Shown in pieces: positions 46,951 to 55,727 of a DNA stretch of 64,000 nucleotides. The DNA is from a virus (Duplodnaviria > Caudoviricetes). The position numbers were made by a program, and so were the translations under genes. Position 1 is the first letter of the stretch. Every line of letters begins with the position of its first letter. The stretch lies in the IMG/VR virus record IMGVR_UViG_3300028380_000013, positions 2,008 through 66,007 of that record; one strand, 5' to 3'. Under the pieces are notes generated by a model, which saw only the letters and a program-made list of their open reading frames with translations, was not told the DNA's origin and did not search any database.

Positions 46951-47873
46951 CGCTGCTTCGTCTCCTGTTTCGAGAATTCTGCGATCAAGTCGGTGAATAG
47001 TTGCGCGTGCTCCTGCTGCTTAGCGCCACCGAACAACGTGCGCAGCGGAGGAAGTAGGCGAACATCTCTCACGGCGACGTGGTTATAGCACCACGCTTCG
47101 GCTTCTCGATCGGTCGCGAGTAGCACACGCGCTGAACGGAGGACCACGGGCGGTACTCTGCGTGCGTGCGCCCAGCCCCATTCGAGCGCTGCCGCATCGA
47201 GAAAGTTCGCGAGCTTCATTCCGCCTTTCCCCGAAAACGGTAAGTATGCTCCTACCCATGAGGCTATATCGTCTTTCTCGGCAGAACCGACGACGACCAC
47301 TTTCGCGCTGAGTGGCCCACAATAGCCGGGATACATCTCTAGCTCGGGGCGATTATCTATCGGTAGCTGCGAGAGTATCGCGAGAATGTTTTCCGCGAGT
47401 CCTGTGATCGTGTAATCGTTGCTCAGCTTGTGCCAGCCCCAGCGTTGCGCGTATACGTCGTAAAATGCGCGCTCTATGCGCGTGTCGGCGTTCTCGCGCT
47501 TTTCGAAACTACTCGCAGACTGCAACGCGAGAGTTTGCGAGGGAGCGAGCAGCATCACGCGAACGCCGCACGTCTGAGCGAGTCGCCCGTAATGCCATTC
47601 CCCGAAAAGCGCTGAGCACGCATAGCCCGAAGCATGATTGTAGAGTCGCTGATTGATCTCGTCTGCTGCCCAACTCCCTTCCCAGACGACAACTTTTCCG
47701 GCGTTGAGCGCGCCGATATCTGTGCCCCAGATCGCATCGAATGCTGTCGAATGGCGCAGCTTCGCGATATCGTGCCAGTGTCGCAGATACGATCCAGGCA
47801 CGATATCGCAGAGTGCTTTAGCTAGCGATGTTTTTCCGACACCGCTGGGACCGTCGATCACGATGAATGGCAT
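46947..47873 (-). CDS. dNMP kinase fused to a degenerate UDG-fold domain
   Basis: P-loop IDGPSGVGKT; C-terminal GPLSAKVVVVG...LPFSGKGGMKL. Confidence 0.65.
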   Translation of the reverse strand: MPFIVIDGPSGVGKTSLAKALCDIVPGSYLRHWHDIAKLRHSTAFDAIWGTDIGALNAGKVVVWEGSWAADEINQRLYNHASGYACSALFGEWHYGRLAQTCGVRVMLLAPSQTLALQSASSFEKRENADTRIERAFYDVYAQRWGWHKLSNDYTITGLAENILAILSQLPIDNRPELEMYPGYCGPLSAKVVVVGSAEKDDIASWVGAYLPFSGKGGMKLANFLDAAALEWGWAHARRVPPVVLRSARVLLATDREAEAWCYNHVAVRDVRLLPPLRTLFGGAKQQEHAQLFTDLIAEFSKQETKQR

Positions 47874-47877
47874 ACGA

Positions 47878-48126
47878 TTACGCCGTGATCGCTTCGCGCG
47901 CTTGCTCGATCGCCTGCATCTTCAACCACGCTTCGATGCGATCGATGCACTCGATATCCACGACGCGCGCTCGCAGGACATTCGAGATGCGCGACTGATT
48001 TAGGCGGCAGTCGAACGCGATTGCGGCTTGTGTGCCGTAACCCATTTCCCGAATCTTCTCAGCGACTACCAACACACGATCTCGGAAAGCGGCGAACTCA
48101 TCGAGGGTCGTAACTTCCACAGACAC
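47878..48126 (-). CDS. Cro/XRE-type HTH regulator
   Basis: TQAAIAFDCRLNQSRISNVLR; AAGGAG RBS; first gene after a promoter. Confidence 0.7.
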   Translation of the reverse strand: MSVEVTTLDEFAAFRDRVLVVAEKIREMGYGTQAAIAFDCRLNQSRISNVLRARVVDIECIDRIEAWLKMQAIEQAREAITA

Positions 48127-48194
48127 TTGGGACTCCTTTCTACAGACTTCAATGCAAAGACTTTGCACAGCTTACGCCGCGCCGCCTCACTTTG

Positions 48195-48223
48195 ATTATA
48201 CTCTATCGCTCGCTCTCGTGCAA
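48195..48223 (-). promoter_or_regulatory. sigma70-like promoter of the replication operon
   Basis: TTGCAC-N17-TATAAT. Confidence 0.75.
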
Positions 48224-48244
48224 GCATTGAGCGATAGAATAACG

Positions 48245-48484
48245 TTACTCTGGCTCGCGCTGAAAGAACGGGTGTGGCAGCGAGAATCCGCGCCAGTCGT
48301 CAGCAATTTCGCACAAACCGCGCCACAAGTTTTCGGCTGCGTTCTGCGTTGCTGCTACGAAGTGCGATCCCGGCTGCTGCACAGATATAGCATTCATCGG
48401 CAGTTCGTGCGTGTAGAGTACGCCGGTTTCGAGTATGACGATCTGATCGTCGGAGATGCGCACGGCTTTCGGGAAATACGCCAT
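48245..48484 (-). CDS. hypothetical protein
   Basis: AAGGAG RBS, start MAYFPKA. Confidence 0.5.
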   Translation of the reverse strand: MAYFPKAVRISDDQIVILETGVLYTHELPMNAISVQQPGSHFVAATQNAAENLWRGLCEIADDWRGFSLPHPFFQREPE

Positions 48485-48708
48485 CACTGTTGCTCCTTTC
48501 GTGCGGCGCGGAACTGCGTATCGATCTGCGTGCAGCGATCCTGCGCATCGTAAATATTCTTCAAGAGCGCTTGCAGTCCCGCTCGCGTGAGCGCTTCGTG
48601 CGGCCATGTATGCTTGATGAGATCGACCGTCATCTCGTGGGCGCGAGCCAAGTCCTGCAAAACTTCCAGATTTAGCGCTTCGATCGGGCGCGGCGCGGTT
48701 TCGCTCAT
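48484..48708 (-). CDS. hypothetical protein
   Basis: Coupled in operon. Confidence 0.5.
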   Translation of the reverse strand: MSETAPRPIEALNLEVLQDLARAHEMTVDLIKHTWPHEALTRAGLQALLKNIYDAQDRCTQIDTQFRAARKEQQ

Positions 48709-48890
48709 TCTTCTTCCACTTTCACGACTAGGCGAGCTTCGCCATACGAATATGCGCCACGATCTACTCTCACCGTGATCGTACCTTCTGCGCGATTCGT
48801 CTCAATATCCAGATCGTATGTTGCTGCGAAGTCTCGAACCGCCGTGCGCACCGCTTTTCGAAGCTCTTCCTTCGCTGTCTCTACATCCAT
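48705..48890 (-). CDS. hypothetical protein
   Basis: GAGG RBS, coupled. Confidence 0.5.
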   Translation of the reverse strand: MDVETAKEELRKAVRTAVRDFAATYDLDIETNRAEGTITVRVDRGAYSYGEARLVVKVEEE

Positions 48891-48891
48891 G

Positions 48892-49287
48892 TTAGTTCGT
48901 CCTCTCTCGCGGCTGTCGCGTGTAATAGTCGCGTCCGTAGCGGAAGCCGTGTCGTGTGTACCACGCGCGGAGTGTGCGATTCGTCCATTGACCGGAAGAA
49001 ATCGGCTGTACGTAGAGCACGACGCCGAGACGATCAGCGTCGGCGCAGATTCGCCGTAGTATCGCTGAGCCGTGACCTTGCCCGCGCACTTTGATCGGGA
49101 CGTTGATGCGCGTGATTAGCATCGAACCGGGCGGTGCGCTCGCGAGAAATTGCGGCATCGGGACGAGATCAGCGATCGTGTTCGTCGCGCGATCGGTGTA
49201 GATCGTCGGCATCTGCTCGCGCTCATCGAATGCTGACGTGCGCACGCTCTCTCGAAACTTCTTGATCGGCTCTTCGTCTGTCATCAC
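48892..49287 (-). CDS. GNAT-family acetyltransferase
   Basis: INVPIKVRGQGHGSAIL (motif A) ... LRAWYTRHGF. Confidence 0.75.
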   Translation of the reverse strand: MMTDEEPIKKFRESVRTSAFDEREQMPTIYTDRATNTIADLVPMPQFLASAPPGSMLITRINVPIKVRGQGHGSAILRRICADADRLGVVLYVQPISSGQWTNRTLRAWYTRHGFRYGRDYYTRQPRERTN

Positions 49288-49508
49288 TCCCTAATCTTCC
49301 CGAGCAATGATAGCGGCGAGTCGCGAAGGGCGTTATAGACTGTCGCAGCTTGCTCGCCCGCAAAGTGAAAATCCGTTGCCGCGCTGTTTGCTGTCCACAT
49401 AGTGAGTTGGAGACGCACGATCCCGCGCTCGCCCCAGCCTTCTACGCTCATCACGTAACGCGGATTGATCAGAACGTGTACGCCGCGACTGTCGATCGCT
49501 TCGATCAT
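49284..49508 (-). CDS. hypothetical protein
   Basis: ATGA coupling; start MIEAIDS. Confidence 0.45.
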   Translation of the reverse strand: MIEAIDSRGVHVLINPRYVMSVEGWGERGIVRLQLTMWTANSAATDFHFAGEQAATVYNALRDSPLSLLGKIRE

Positions 49509-49705
49509 AGCTTCGCTAGCCTCTCTTTCTCTCGTAACTCGATGCGCCAAAGTCGCGTAGCTCGCGCCATATAGAAGAATGTCACGAAGCGCCACAGCGT
49601 GCTTAGCTGCGCGTGATTCATATTCTCCATCCACCAGCGCAACTGGTCGGCGTCGGCGCGAGTCATCACGTCGGTGAAAGTTCGCCTCTTGTCCATCTGT
49701 TCCAT
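49505..49705 (-). CDS. hypothetical protein
   Basis: GGAG RBS; start MEQMDK. Confidence 0.4.
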   Translation of the reverse strand: MEQMDKRRTFTDVMTRADADQLRWWMENMNHAQLSTLWRFVTFFYMARATRLWRIELREKERLAKL

Positions 49706-49896
49706 TCTCCGCATATCCACGCCGTGATCGCGAATCCGTAATGCGGTGCGAGTATGCAGCGACAATCGCCGGGAAGATAGTAGCCGACTTCTTTGCCGTC
49801 GCGCTCGATCGTCTCGATGACGCCGCGCCGAACGCCGAAGTAGAAACGGGGCGAATCGGCTTCGGCGTAGCTGCGAGCGATATCATAGCGTACCAT
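49666..49896 (-). CDS. hypothetical protein
   Basis: AGGAAG RBS; start MVRYDIA. Confidence 0.4.
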   Translation of the reverse strand: MVRYDIARSYAEADSPRFYFGVRRGVIETIERDGKEVGYYLPGDCRCILAPHYGFAITAWICGEWNRWTRGELSPT

Positions 49897-49937
49897 CAGA
49901 CTTCCTCGCTCCTGAGCCGTCCTACGATGTACCATGC

Positions 49938-50591
49938 TCACTCTACGTAGCCGTCTGCTGGCCCTTCGCGCGGGCGTTTCGATACTTCGATGAACTCTGC
50001 GACGTCTGAGCCGAGATCGTGCCCGATCGTCGTCCATCCCGACACTGCTTTTCGTGCGAACAGTTCGAGTCGGCTCGTTCCAAATTGTTCGCCGTAGATG
50101 TGCAGCGATTCCGGCTTTCGCGAGTGCGTCATGCTCTCAGAGATGAGTCCGATCCACTGATCGAGCGCTCTCGGCTTACCGCGAGTCGCGATCAAAATCG
50201 GTTCGAAGCAGCCGCGCACCCACCAGCCCATTCCCATGTTCGGTCGCAGCGATTCGGGCGAGACGACTTGCGGAAGCTCGATGAGCAGATCGGGCGACGA
50301 CGGCAGCGGTATGTCTGCGATCTCTGCTGCGCTCGAATGCGTGAGCTTGATCCACGCGAGCATCGTCTTATACGTAAAGCCCCACGCTCGCAGCACGTCA
50401 AGCGCTTCGGGGAGCATTGCGGGAACTGCCCACAGCAGTAGTACGCAATCTTTCGCGGCGAGCGACTGCACATCGAGCGCAGATAATTCCGCGACTGACA
50501 TTGTGGCGTACTTCGTGCCCGCGCTGCGCCCTTTCATACGATCGTTCAAAAAGCGCCAGGGACAGTCGGCAATGATGACGTCGGCTTTCAC
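49938..50591 (-). CDS. MT-A70-family DNA adenine methyltransferase
   Basis: VIIADCPW...YATMS...LLLWA...WGFTYKT...HSRKP...RLELFAR. Confidence 0.85.
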   Translation of the reverse strand: MKADVIIADCPWRFLNDRMKGRSAGTKYATMSVAELSALDVQSLAAKDCVLLLWAVPAMLPEALDVLRAWGFTYKTMLAWIKLTHSSAAEIADIPLPSSPDLLIELPQVVSPESLRPNMGMGWWVRGCFEPILIATRGKPRALDQWIGLISESMTHSRKPESLHIYGEQFGTSRLELFARKAVSGWTTIGHDLGSDVAEFIEVSKRPREGPADGYVE

Positions 50592-50617
50592 GCTAGCCCG
50601 CTCCTTTCTGTAAATGC

Positions 50618-50653
50618 GCTCACGACTCGCTCAGATTGGGGCGAGTCGTGAGC
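50618..50653 (-). terminator. 13-bp intergenic hairpin
   Basis: gctcacgactcgc pairs with gcgagtcgtgagc, directly upstream of TTTACAGAAAGG. Confidence 0.5.
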
Positions 50654-50665
50654 CGCAGCGACGAA

Positions 50666-51754
50666 CTAGAGAACGGCGACACAAGCCTTGTACGCGCGTG
50701 CCATCGTCTGAGCGCGCTCCCCGAACATGATCGATGTGGCGGTGCGCTTGTTCAGATCGCCGCGATAGTTTTCGGTTTCGGTCACACCCTGGTACACGGC
50801 CCAGGCGGTGCCCGCGATCTTCGGTGCGGTGACGTTCACAAGCTGCGTGCGCTCGTTCGCCATCTCGCGCAACTTCTGCGTGCGAGCGACCTTTGCCTCG
50901 TACTCTGTGCCGCTCTTCGCGAAGTCGGCCATAACGCGAGCGGCGAGCGGCTTGTTATCGTTGACAAGTCCGATCATGCTCTTGTCGTTGACGACGAACG
51001 AGCTAACAAGCTGCCTGCGAGTCGTGCGCGGCTCGGGGTACGTCTGCGCGAGGATTTCCTTGACTTGCTCATCGGTGACGCGGGCGAGCGCGAGCGCGTT
51101 GAACTGTTCGAGCATCTGCGCCTGTTGCCGACGCACGCTCGCGATCAGATCGATCGAGAATTGCGCTTGTGCGCGAATGTCTGAGCGGTGGGGCAGTGCT
51201 GCGGAGAGAACGGCGGAAGCGAGTCCGGTTTGTAGCGTGTTCTGGCAGACGACGCGAACGGGTGTGAGCGCGACGTGAAGCGCCTTCTTGCCGTCGTGAT
51301 TGTTCGACACGAGCAAGTATTGCGCGATCTCTTCGCCAGCGACGGAACCAGACTCGCTTTTCAGCGTGACGAAGTAGGAAGCTCCGTCGTGCAGCGCGCC
51401 GACTGTCTCGACCGGCCACTGCTTGCCAAGCTCGCCTAGCATCGCAGCAACTTCCATGTTCTGCACGACTTCGAATTCAGTGCTGGCGTAGCCGAGAACC
51501 TTCCACGCTTCGGTATTCGTTTCCGGCTCCTTCACCAGCGCGACTTGCGAAGTTGGCTGCGACGTGCCATCGGGAAACGTCAGCGTCATCGGGATTTTGC
51601 GGACATAGTAGTCGGCGTGCGCCATGATCGTCGCTTGCTCGGGAGTGAGCACCAGATCGCCGTCGAACACTGTGCCGAGTTGGTGCCAACCGGGTTCGCG
51701 ACGTGCGACGAAACGCGCCTGACCCAGTTCGTTGATCGCGATTGCGTCGGCCAT
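50666..51754 (-). CDS. DUF932/DUF945-family phage protein
   Basis: REPGWHQLGTV...VQN...ETVGALHDG...VSNNHDG...RVVCQNT. Confidence 0.85.
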   Translation of the reverse strand: MADAIAINELGQARFVARREPGWHQLGTVFDGDLVLTPEQATIMAHADYYVRKIPMTLTFPDGTSQPTSQVALVKEPETNTEAWKVLGYASTEFEVVQNMEVAAMLGELGKQWPVETVGALHDGASYFVTLKSESGSVAGEEIAQYLLVSNNHDGKKALHVALTPVRVVCQNTLQTGLASAVLSAALPHRSDIRAQAQFSIDLIASVRRQQAQMLEQFNALALARVTDEQVKEILAQTYPEPRTTRRQLVSSFVVNDKSMIGLVNDNKPLAARVMADFAKSGTEYEAKVARTQKLREMANERTQLVNVTAPKIAGTAWAVYQGVTETENYRGDLNKRTATSIMFGERAQTMARAYKACVAVL

Positions 51755-51815
51755 GATGTTGTGTCCTTTCGAGTGAAGATAGAGAGCGCTCGTCAGTTCG
51801 AGCGCTCAGCGCGAG

Positions 51816-52004
51816 TTAGAATGCGATCGGTGTGCAGATACGGCGGGCGAACGTGCGTGTTCCCTCCCCTTCGATGTTGACGCGGATATGAGTCTCGGGC
51901 ATCGACTCGCTGATCGAGACGACGGTCCCGGCACCCCACGAAGTGCGCTCGCTCTCCACCCAGACCCGCTCCCCGACCTTGATGTTGCGCTGTTCGCGTG
52001 TCAT
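51816..52004 (-). CDS. small SH3/KOW-like protein
   Basis: IKVGERVWV...WGAGTVVSI. Confidence 0.55.
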   Translation of the reverse strand: MTREQRNIKVGERVWVESERTSWGAGTVVSISESMPETHIRVNIEGEGTRTFARRICTPIAF

Positions 52005-52030
52005 GTTCGCTTCTCCCTACTACTCGCTGC

Positions 52031-52083
52031 GCGCTCTCAATTGAGCACAGATGTAGCTTACTCTAAAATTGCGAGCGTGTCAA
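52031..52083 (-). promoter_or_regulatory. early promoter plus leader hairpin
   Basis: TTGACA(52083-78)-N17-TAAGCT; GUGCUC-AAUUGA-GAGCGC. Confidence 0.85.
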
Positions 52084-52086
52084 GAG

Positions 52087-52974
52087 CTATCGCGAGATAT
52101 TATAGATCGTCGCGTCGTACTCTCGGAGCGGCTTGTTTGCGGGATTTTTCGTGTACGAGCGCACGGTGACAACTTTTCCGTTTTTCAAGTGCCGCTCGTG
52201 CTGCTTCACCTTCCAAGCGCACGTCCACTCGATAACGCGGGGCGTGTGCTCAGACGCGGCCAGAACGGGCGTGCGCTCGATCTCGCGCAGCGTGACGACT
52301 TTGACACGCGAGAAGCTGTGGACGCGCTTACGACCGACTACGCGGGAAGTCGATACGCGATGCTCTTCGCTGCTCGCGACCTTCTCGCGCATAAACGCGC
52401 AGATCAGTCCGAAATATCGCAAGATGTGATCGATGCCGCCTTGCCAAGATTTTTCGGCTTGTGCGTATGAGGGAGTGACAACGATCTCTCCGTCGCCTTC
52501 GTAGCAGAACAGTAGGGGCGTGGTCACGTAGTCTTGCGATGCGGGTTTGGTCACGGGGCGATAGATGAGCAGTAGCGCTGTTCCGGTTTGCGAGTTTTCG
52601 GGATCGTCTATCGTCGTGGTGACGACGCCCTTTTTCCACATTATCGCGGAGTACGCCACGCCGACGTTCTCATTCGCGATAATGTCATTCTCGAAAACGA
52701 GCATACCTTCCGGCGTTGGCATAAGCTCGCTGATATACTGTTTGCGGATCGTGTCGCCCGCCCAATCGCGCAGTCGCTCGAACGACGCTATCGGAAAATA
52801 GAAAAGCTCGTCAGTCGCGATCATGTATAGCATCGTGGTCAAGCCGTTGGTCGCCTGTTCGCGAGAAAGTCCGCTTTTGTACATACTGCGTACCACAGCT
52901 TTCGCCCACTCATCTTCGAGCGAAGCTGCGATCATCACTTGCTGGAACGCGAGCGCTTCCTGATAGTTGCTCAT
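52087..52974 (-). CDS. conserved phage hypothetical protein
   Basis: C-terminal WKVKQHERHLKNGKVVTVRSYTK motif; GGAGG RBS. Confidence 0.6.
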   Translation of the reverse strand: MSNYQEALAFQQVMIAASLEDEWAKAVVRSMYKSGLSREQATNGLTTMLYMIATDELFYFPIASFERLRDWAGDTIRKQYISELMPTPEGMLVFENDIIANENVGVAYSAIMWKKGVVTTTIDDPENSQTGTALLLIYRPVTKPASQDYVTTPLLFCYEGDGEIVVTPSYAQAEKSWQGGIDHILRYFGLICAFMREKVASSEEHRVSTSRVVGRKRVHSFSRVKVVTLREIERTPVLAASEHTPRVIEWTCAWKVKQHERHLKNGKVVTVRSYTKNPANKPLREYDATIYNISR

Positions 52975-52975
52975 C

Positions 52976-53185
52976 TCACCCCTCCCGCTGCAAACGGTCG
53001 CAAAGACGCTCGTAATCGCGTAGTAGCTTCTTCCAGTGCCGCTCCCACTCGCGCGTATCTGCACCACTCGTTAGCGCAGCTTCGATCGCTTCGTAGCCTT
53101 TTTCCAGATCGCGGTAGAGAGCATCGCGCTTTCGCTCGATGCTCTCTAATCGTTCAAGCGTTGTTGAGTGTTGTTCGTTGCTCAT
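52976..53185 (-). CDS. hypothetical coiled-coil protein
   Basis: Operon packing. Confidence 0.5.
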   Translation of the reverse strand: MSNEQHSTTLERLESIERKRDALYRDLEKGYEAIEAALTSGADTREWERHWKKLLRDYERLCDRLQREG

Positions 53186-53370
53186 CGCTCGTTCTCTGTT
53201 TCGAAGCGAGTCGGAATCTCACCCGTTGCGTAAAATGTCGCCTGCTCTTCGCGAGTCGTGATCGCGAGCACTGATGAGCGCAGACGACGATACTCGCTCG
53301 AATCCATGCCGTTGATATCTTCGCCGGAAATGGCAACTACGAAGTCGGCTAGCGTGCGCTCGATTTCCAT
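53182..53370 (-). CDS. hypothetical protein
   Basis: AAGGAG RBS. Confidence 0.5.
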   Translation of the reverse strand: MEIERTLADFVVAISGEDINGMDSSEYRRLRSSVLAITTREEQATFYATGEIPTRFETENER

Positions 53371-53419
53371 CGTGTTCTCCTTGCTTCGCTGCGGTTCACG
53401 GTTCAAGAGCGGGCGAGAA

Positions 53420-53578
53420 TCAGATCGCGACGATTGTCCAATAACCGCGCAGCCAGCCCCGGTTGCGCTTCGCGATCATCTCTTCGCGAGCTTCGCGCTT
53501 CGTGTCGAAGCTCGGCGGCAACTGCTCAACGATGCGACCCGTGCGGCGGTTGATCTTCGCAACGATGTAGCGCGTCAT
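53420..53578 (-). CDS. 52-aa basic protein
   Basis: Hand translation MTRYIVAKINRRTGR...RGWLRGYWTIVAI; CAGGAG RBS. Confidence 0.55.
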   Translation of the reverse strand: MTRYIVAKINRRTGRIVEQLPPSFDTKREAREEMIAKRNRGWLRGYWTIVAI

Positions 53579-53622
53579 GATGTGCTCCTGTCTGCTATAG
53601 CGGAATCGACTTTCGGGAAATG

Positions 53623-53796
53623 TTAGAGCGACACGTACTCGGTGCTGCGAATCTGTACGAGCGCGCCATCGTCAAGACGAACCTCGATCATCATGAAACC
53701 GCAGCGACACTGATACGTCCCGGTCTTGCCAGCGTGCTCACCGAGAATGATGCGAACGCGCATTGTGCCTTCGCCTGCCCGCATGTTGATCTTCAT
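53623..53796 (-). CDS. 57-aa KOW/SH3-like protein
   Basis: Hand translation ...VRIILGEHAGKTGT...IEVRLDDG; GGAG RBS. Confidence 0.5.
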   Translation of the reverse strand: MKINMRAGEGTMRVRIILGEHAGKTGTYQCRCGFMMIEVRLDDGALVQIRSTEYVSL

Positions 53797-53821
53797 CGTC
53801 GTCTCCGTTCGCTAGTTCGTC

Positions 53822-53874
53822 GCGCTCTCAATCGAGCACATACGTAGCTTACTCTCAATCTCGCAGCTTGTCAA
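53822..53874 (-). promoter_or_regulatory. early promoter plus leader hairpin
   Basis: TTGACA-N17-TAAGCT; GUGCUC-GAUUGA-GAGCGC. Confidence 0.85.
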
Positions 53875-54039
53875 GAGTTTCGGGCGAGCAAGTTTCTGGA
53901 AAGTTTGAGACTAGTATGGGGCGAGAAAGTTTCTGGAAACATTGTGCGATTCGTGAAAGGGCTACGCCGGAATGCTGCGCAGCGATACGCGCTGAGACGT
54001 CGCAGGAGCACGGCTTTAGCGCGCGAGCGTAGCGAACAA

Positions 54040-54079
54040 GCACGAAGAAGCGGTGAGCGCTTGGGGGAGCGCTCACCGC
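54040..54079 (-). terminator. intrinsic terminator-like hairpin
   Basis: gcggtgagcgct (12 bp perfect) followed on the - strand by ttcttc. Confidence 0.6.
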
Positions 54080-54118
54080 GTAGGGAGGGAATTGGGAGAA
54101 GTGTTGGGGGAAGCGTTG

Positions 54119-54634
54119 TTACTCTTCGTCGCTCTCATCTGACGGTGCAGCGCCGTTCTCAGTCGGCTTGCTCTTCTTGACGCGAGCGACGGGACCGGAG
54201 AGACGCGCCAGCAGCGCATCGCGACCCGAATCAAGCTGCGTGACGACTTCCTCGGGCAGCGCTTCGATGTTGTTCGCCCGGAGATACGCCGCCTGTACAT
54301 CTGCGTAGCGCTTCTGCGCGCGAGCGAGTCGATCGGTGATCTTCCCGTGGTTGAACTGCGCGCGTACCAGATCGTTGCTCGCGGTCTGGAGTGCGCCGAC
54401 AGTGTGCCCGACAGTCTCGATCGCCTTCCGTTCCCGCGTGATCGCCTTCGCGTGCTTGCGCAGCGCGATAGCCGCAGCCTGGATTTGGTTGAGACGTTCT
54501 GCGATCTGCTCGTCCGTCATCGAATCGAGATCGGCAGCGGTCAGGGTGAGCGCGGTCAGATCGAGCGGCGGCAAATTCAGAAAGTCGGTCGGCGTGCCCG
54601 GTGTGGTACTCGGAGCTTCGATCGTTGCGGTCAT
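54119..54634 (-). CDS. coiled-coil hypothetical protein
   Basis: AAAGGA RBS; acidic tail. Confidence 0.6.
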   Translation of the reverse strand: MTATIEAPSTTPGTPTDFLNLPPLDLTALTLTAADLDSMTDEQIAERLNQIQAAAIALRKHAKAITRERKAIETVGHTVGALQTASNDLVRAQFNHGKITDRLARAQKRYADVQAAYLRANNIEALPEEVVTQLDSGRDALLARLSGPVARVKKSKPTENGAAPSDESDEE

Positions 54635-54692
54635 TGCATCGTCCTTTCGCTTACTTCGTAGTGTCGCGCAATCGAGCGACTTCGTTAGAGTT

Positions 54693-54721
54693 ATCTTACC
54701 ACGATGAACAAGCAATAGCAA
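54693..54721 (-). promoter_or_regulatory. early promoter
   Basis: TTGCTA-N17-TAAGAT, followed by a CTCGATTGC leader. Confidence 0.6.
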
Positions 54722-54753
54722 GCGTTTTCGCTCTCAATTTCTGCTAAAGAGAA

Positions 54754-54803
54754 CAGTTCGACTCGCTCACACGTACAACTGACGGCGTGAGCGAGTCGAA
54801 CTG
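54754..54803. other. 17-bp perfect inverted repeat (long hairpin)
   Basis: cagttcgactcgctcac / gtgagcgagtcgaactg. Confidence 0.8.
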
Positions 54804-54833
54804 CTGCGTTCTGTCTGCTATAGCAGAATGAGA

Positions 54834-55655
54834 TTACTCGCTGTCGGGCGTCTCGTCCTCTTCGGGTGCTTCGTCTGTCACGCCGTGCGTGTCGATGAGC
54901 ACCGGAACGCCGGTCGCAAGCATCTCGTTCCAGACTGCTTCGCGCAGTTCGTCGCCCGTCAGCGTGCTAGAGAGTGCGGCGGAAGGGAAGCACGAGCGCT
55001 GCTGCGAGTAGCTGTAGCCCTCGATCATCGTCTGCTTCGCCGCTGCGAGCGTGTCGGCGTCGGCTAGCTCGCCCAGCGCATCGAGCAGCGCGGAGAGTAC
55101 GGCAGACTCTTTGCGGATACGATTCTGCGCCCACAGCAGCGAGCCGATGTTGAAAGACAGTTTGTGGCAGCGCTTGTGCAGTTCATCGATCGTCGGCTCC
55201 CAGCCCTGGCGCTTCGCCTTCTTCGTCTCCGCGATCGTGTCGCGCTCAGCTTGCTCGGCGGCGAGTCGGGCGCGGTGCTGTTCGAGCTTCGCGGCTACGG
55301 CGTCGGCATCGAGCATCGGCTTGACTGCGGGCGGAACTTCGATCTCGGGAGCGGGCGTGGCGGGCGTCTCGCTTTCGAAAAGCGCACCCAGCGCAGCTTC
55401 GATCTTGTCGGTGCGCTCGCTCAGCGTTAGCTCAGGAGCGGGTCCGGTGCCGACAGTCTCGGGAGTCGGCGGTGTTTGCGGAATTTCGAGATTGAGGACA
55501 GGATTGAGCGCATCGAGCTTGCTCAGCGCTGCGTCGATCATCGCGTCCTTCGAGACACCGACCGGGAGAGTGATATCGCGAGAGCGGAGCAGCGTGCGAA
55601 TCTGAGTCGCGTTCAGCAGTTCGAGCGAGTCGCGGGTGATGGTGGTCGCGGTCAT
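54834..55655 (-). CDS. protein with N-terminal Rho_N/HeH-like domain
   Basis: LELLNATQIRTLLRSRDITLPVGVSKDAMIDAAL. Confidence 0.55.
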   Translation of the reverse strand: MTATTITRDSLELLNATQIRTLLRSRDITLPVGVSKDAMIDAALSKLDALNPVLNLEIPQTPPTPETVGTGPAPELTLSERTDKIEAALGALFESETPATPAPEIEVPPAVKPMLDADAVAAKLEQHRARLAAEQAERDTIAETKKAKRQGWEPTIDELHKRCHKLSFNIGSLLWAQNRIRKESAVLSALLDALGELADADTLAAAKQTMIEGYSYSQQRSCFPSAALSSTLTGDELREAVWNEMLATGVPVLIDTHGVTDEAPEEDETPDSE

Positions 55656-55727
55656 TGTCGTGTCCTTTCGAGTGATTTTCAACGCTCAGCAGTTAGAGCG
55701 TTCGGGCAGCGCGTTTGCGGAAAGCGG

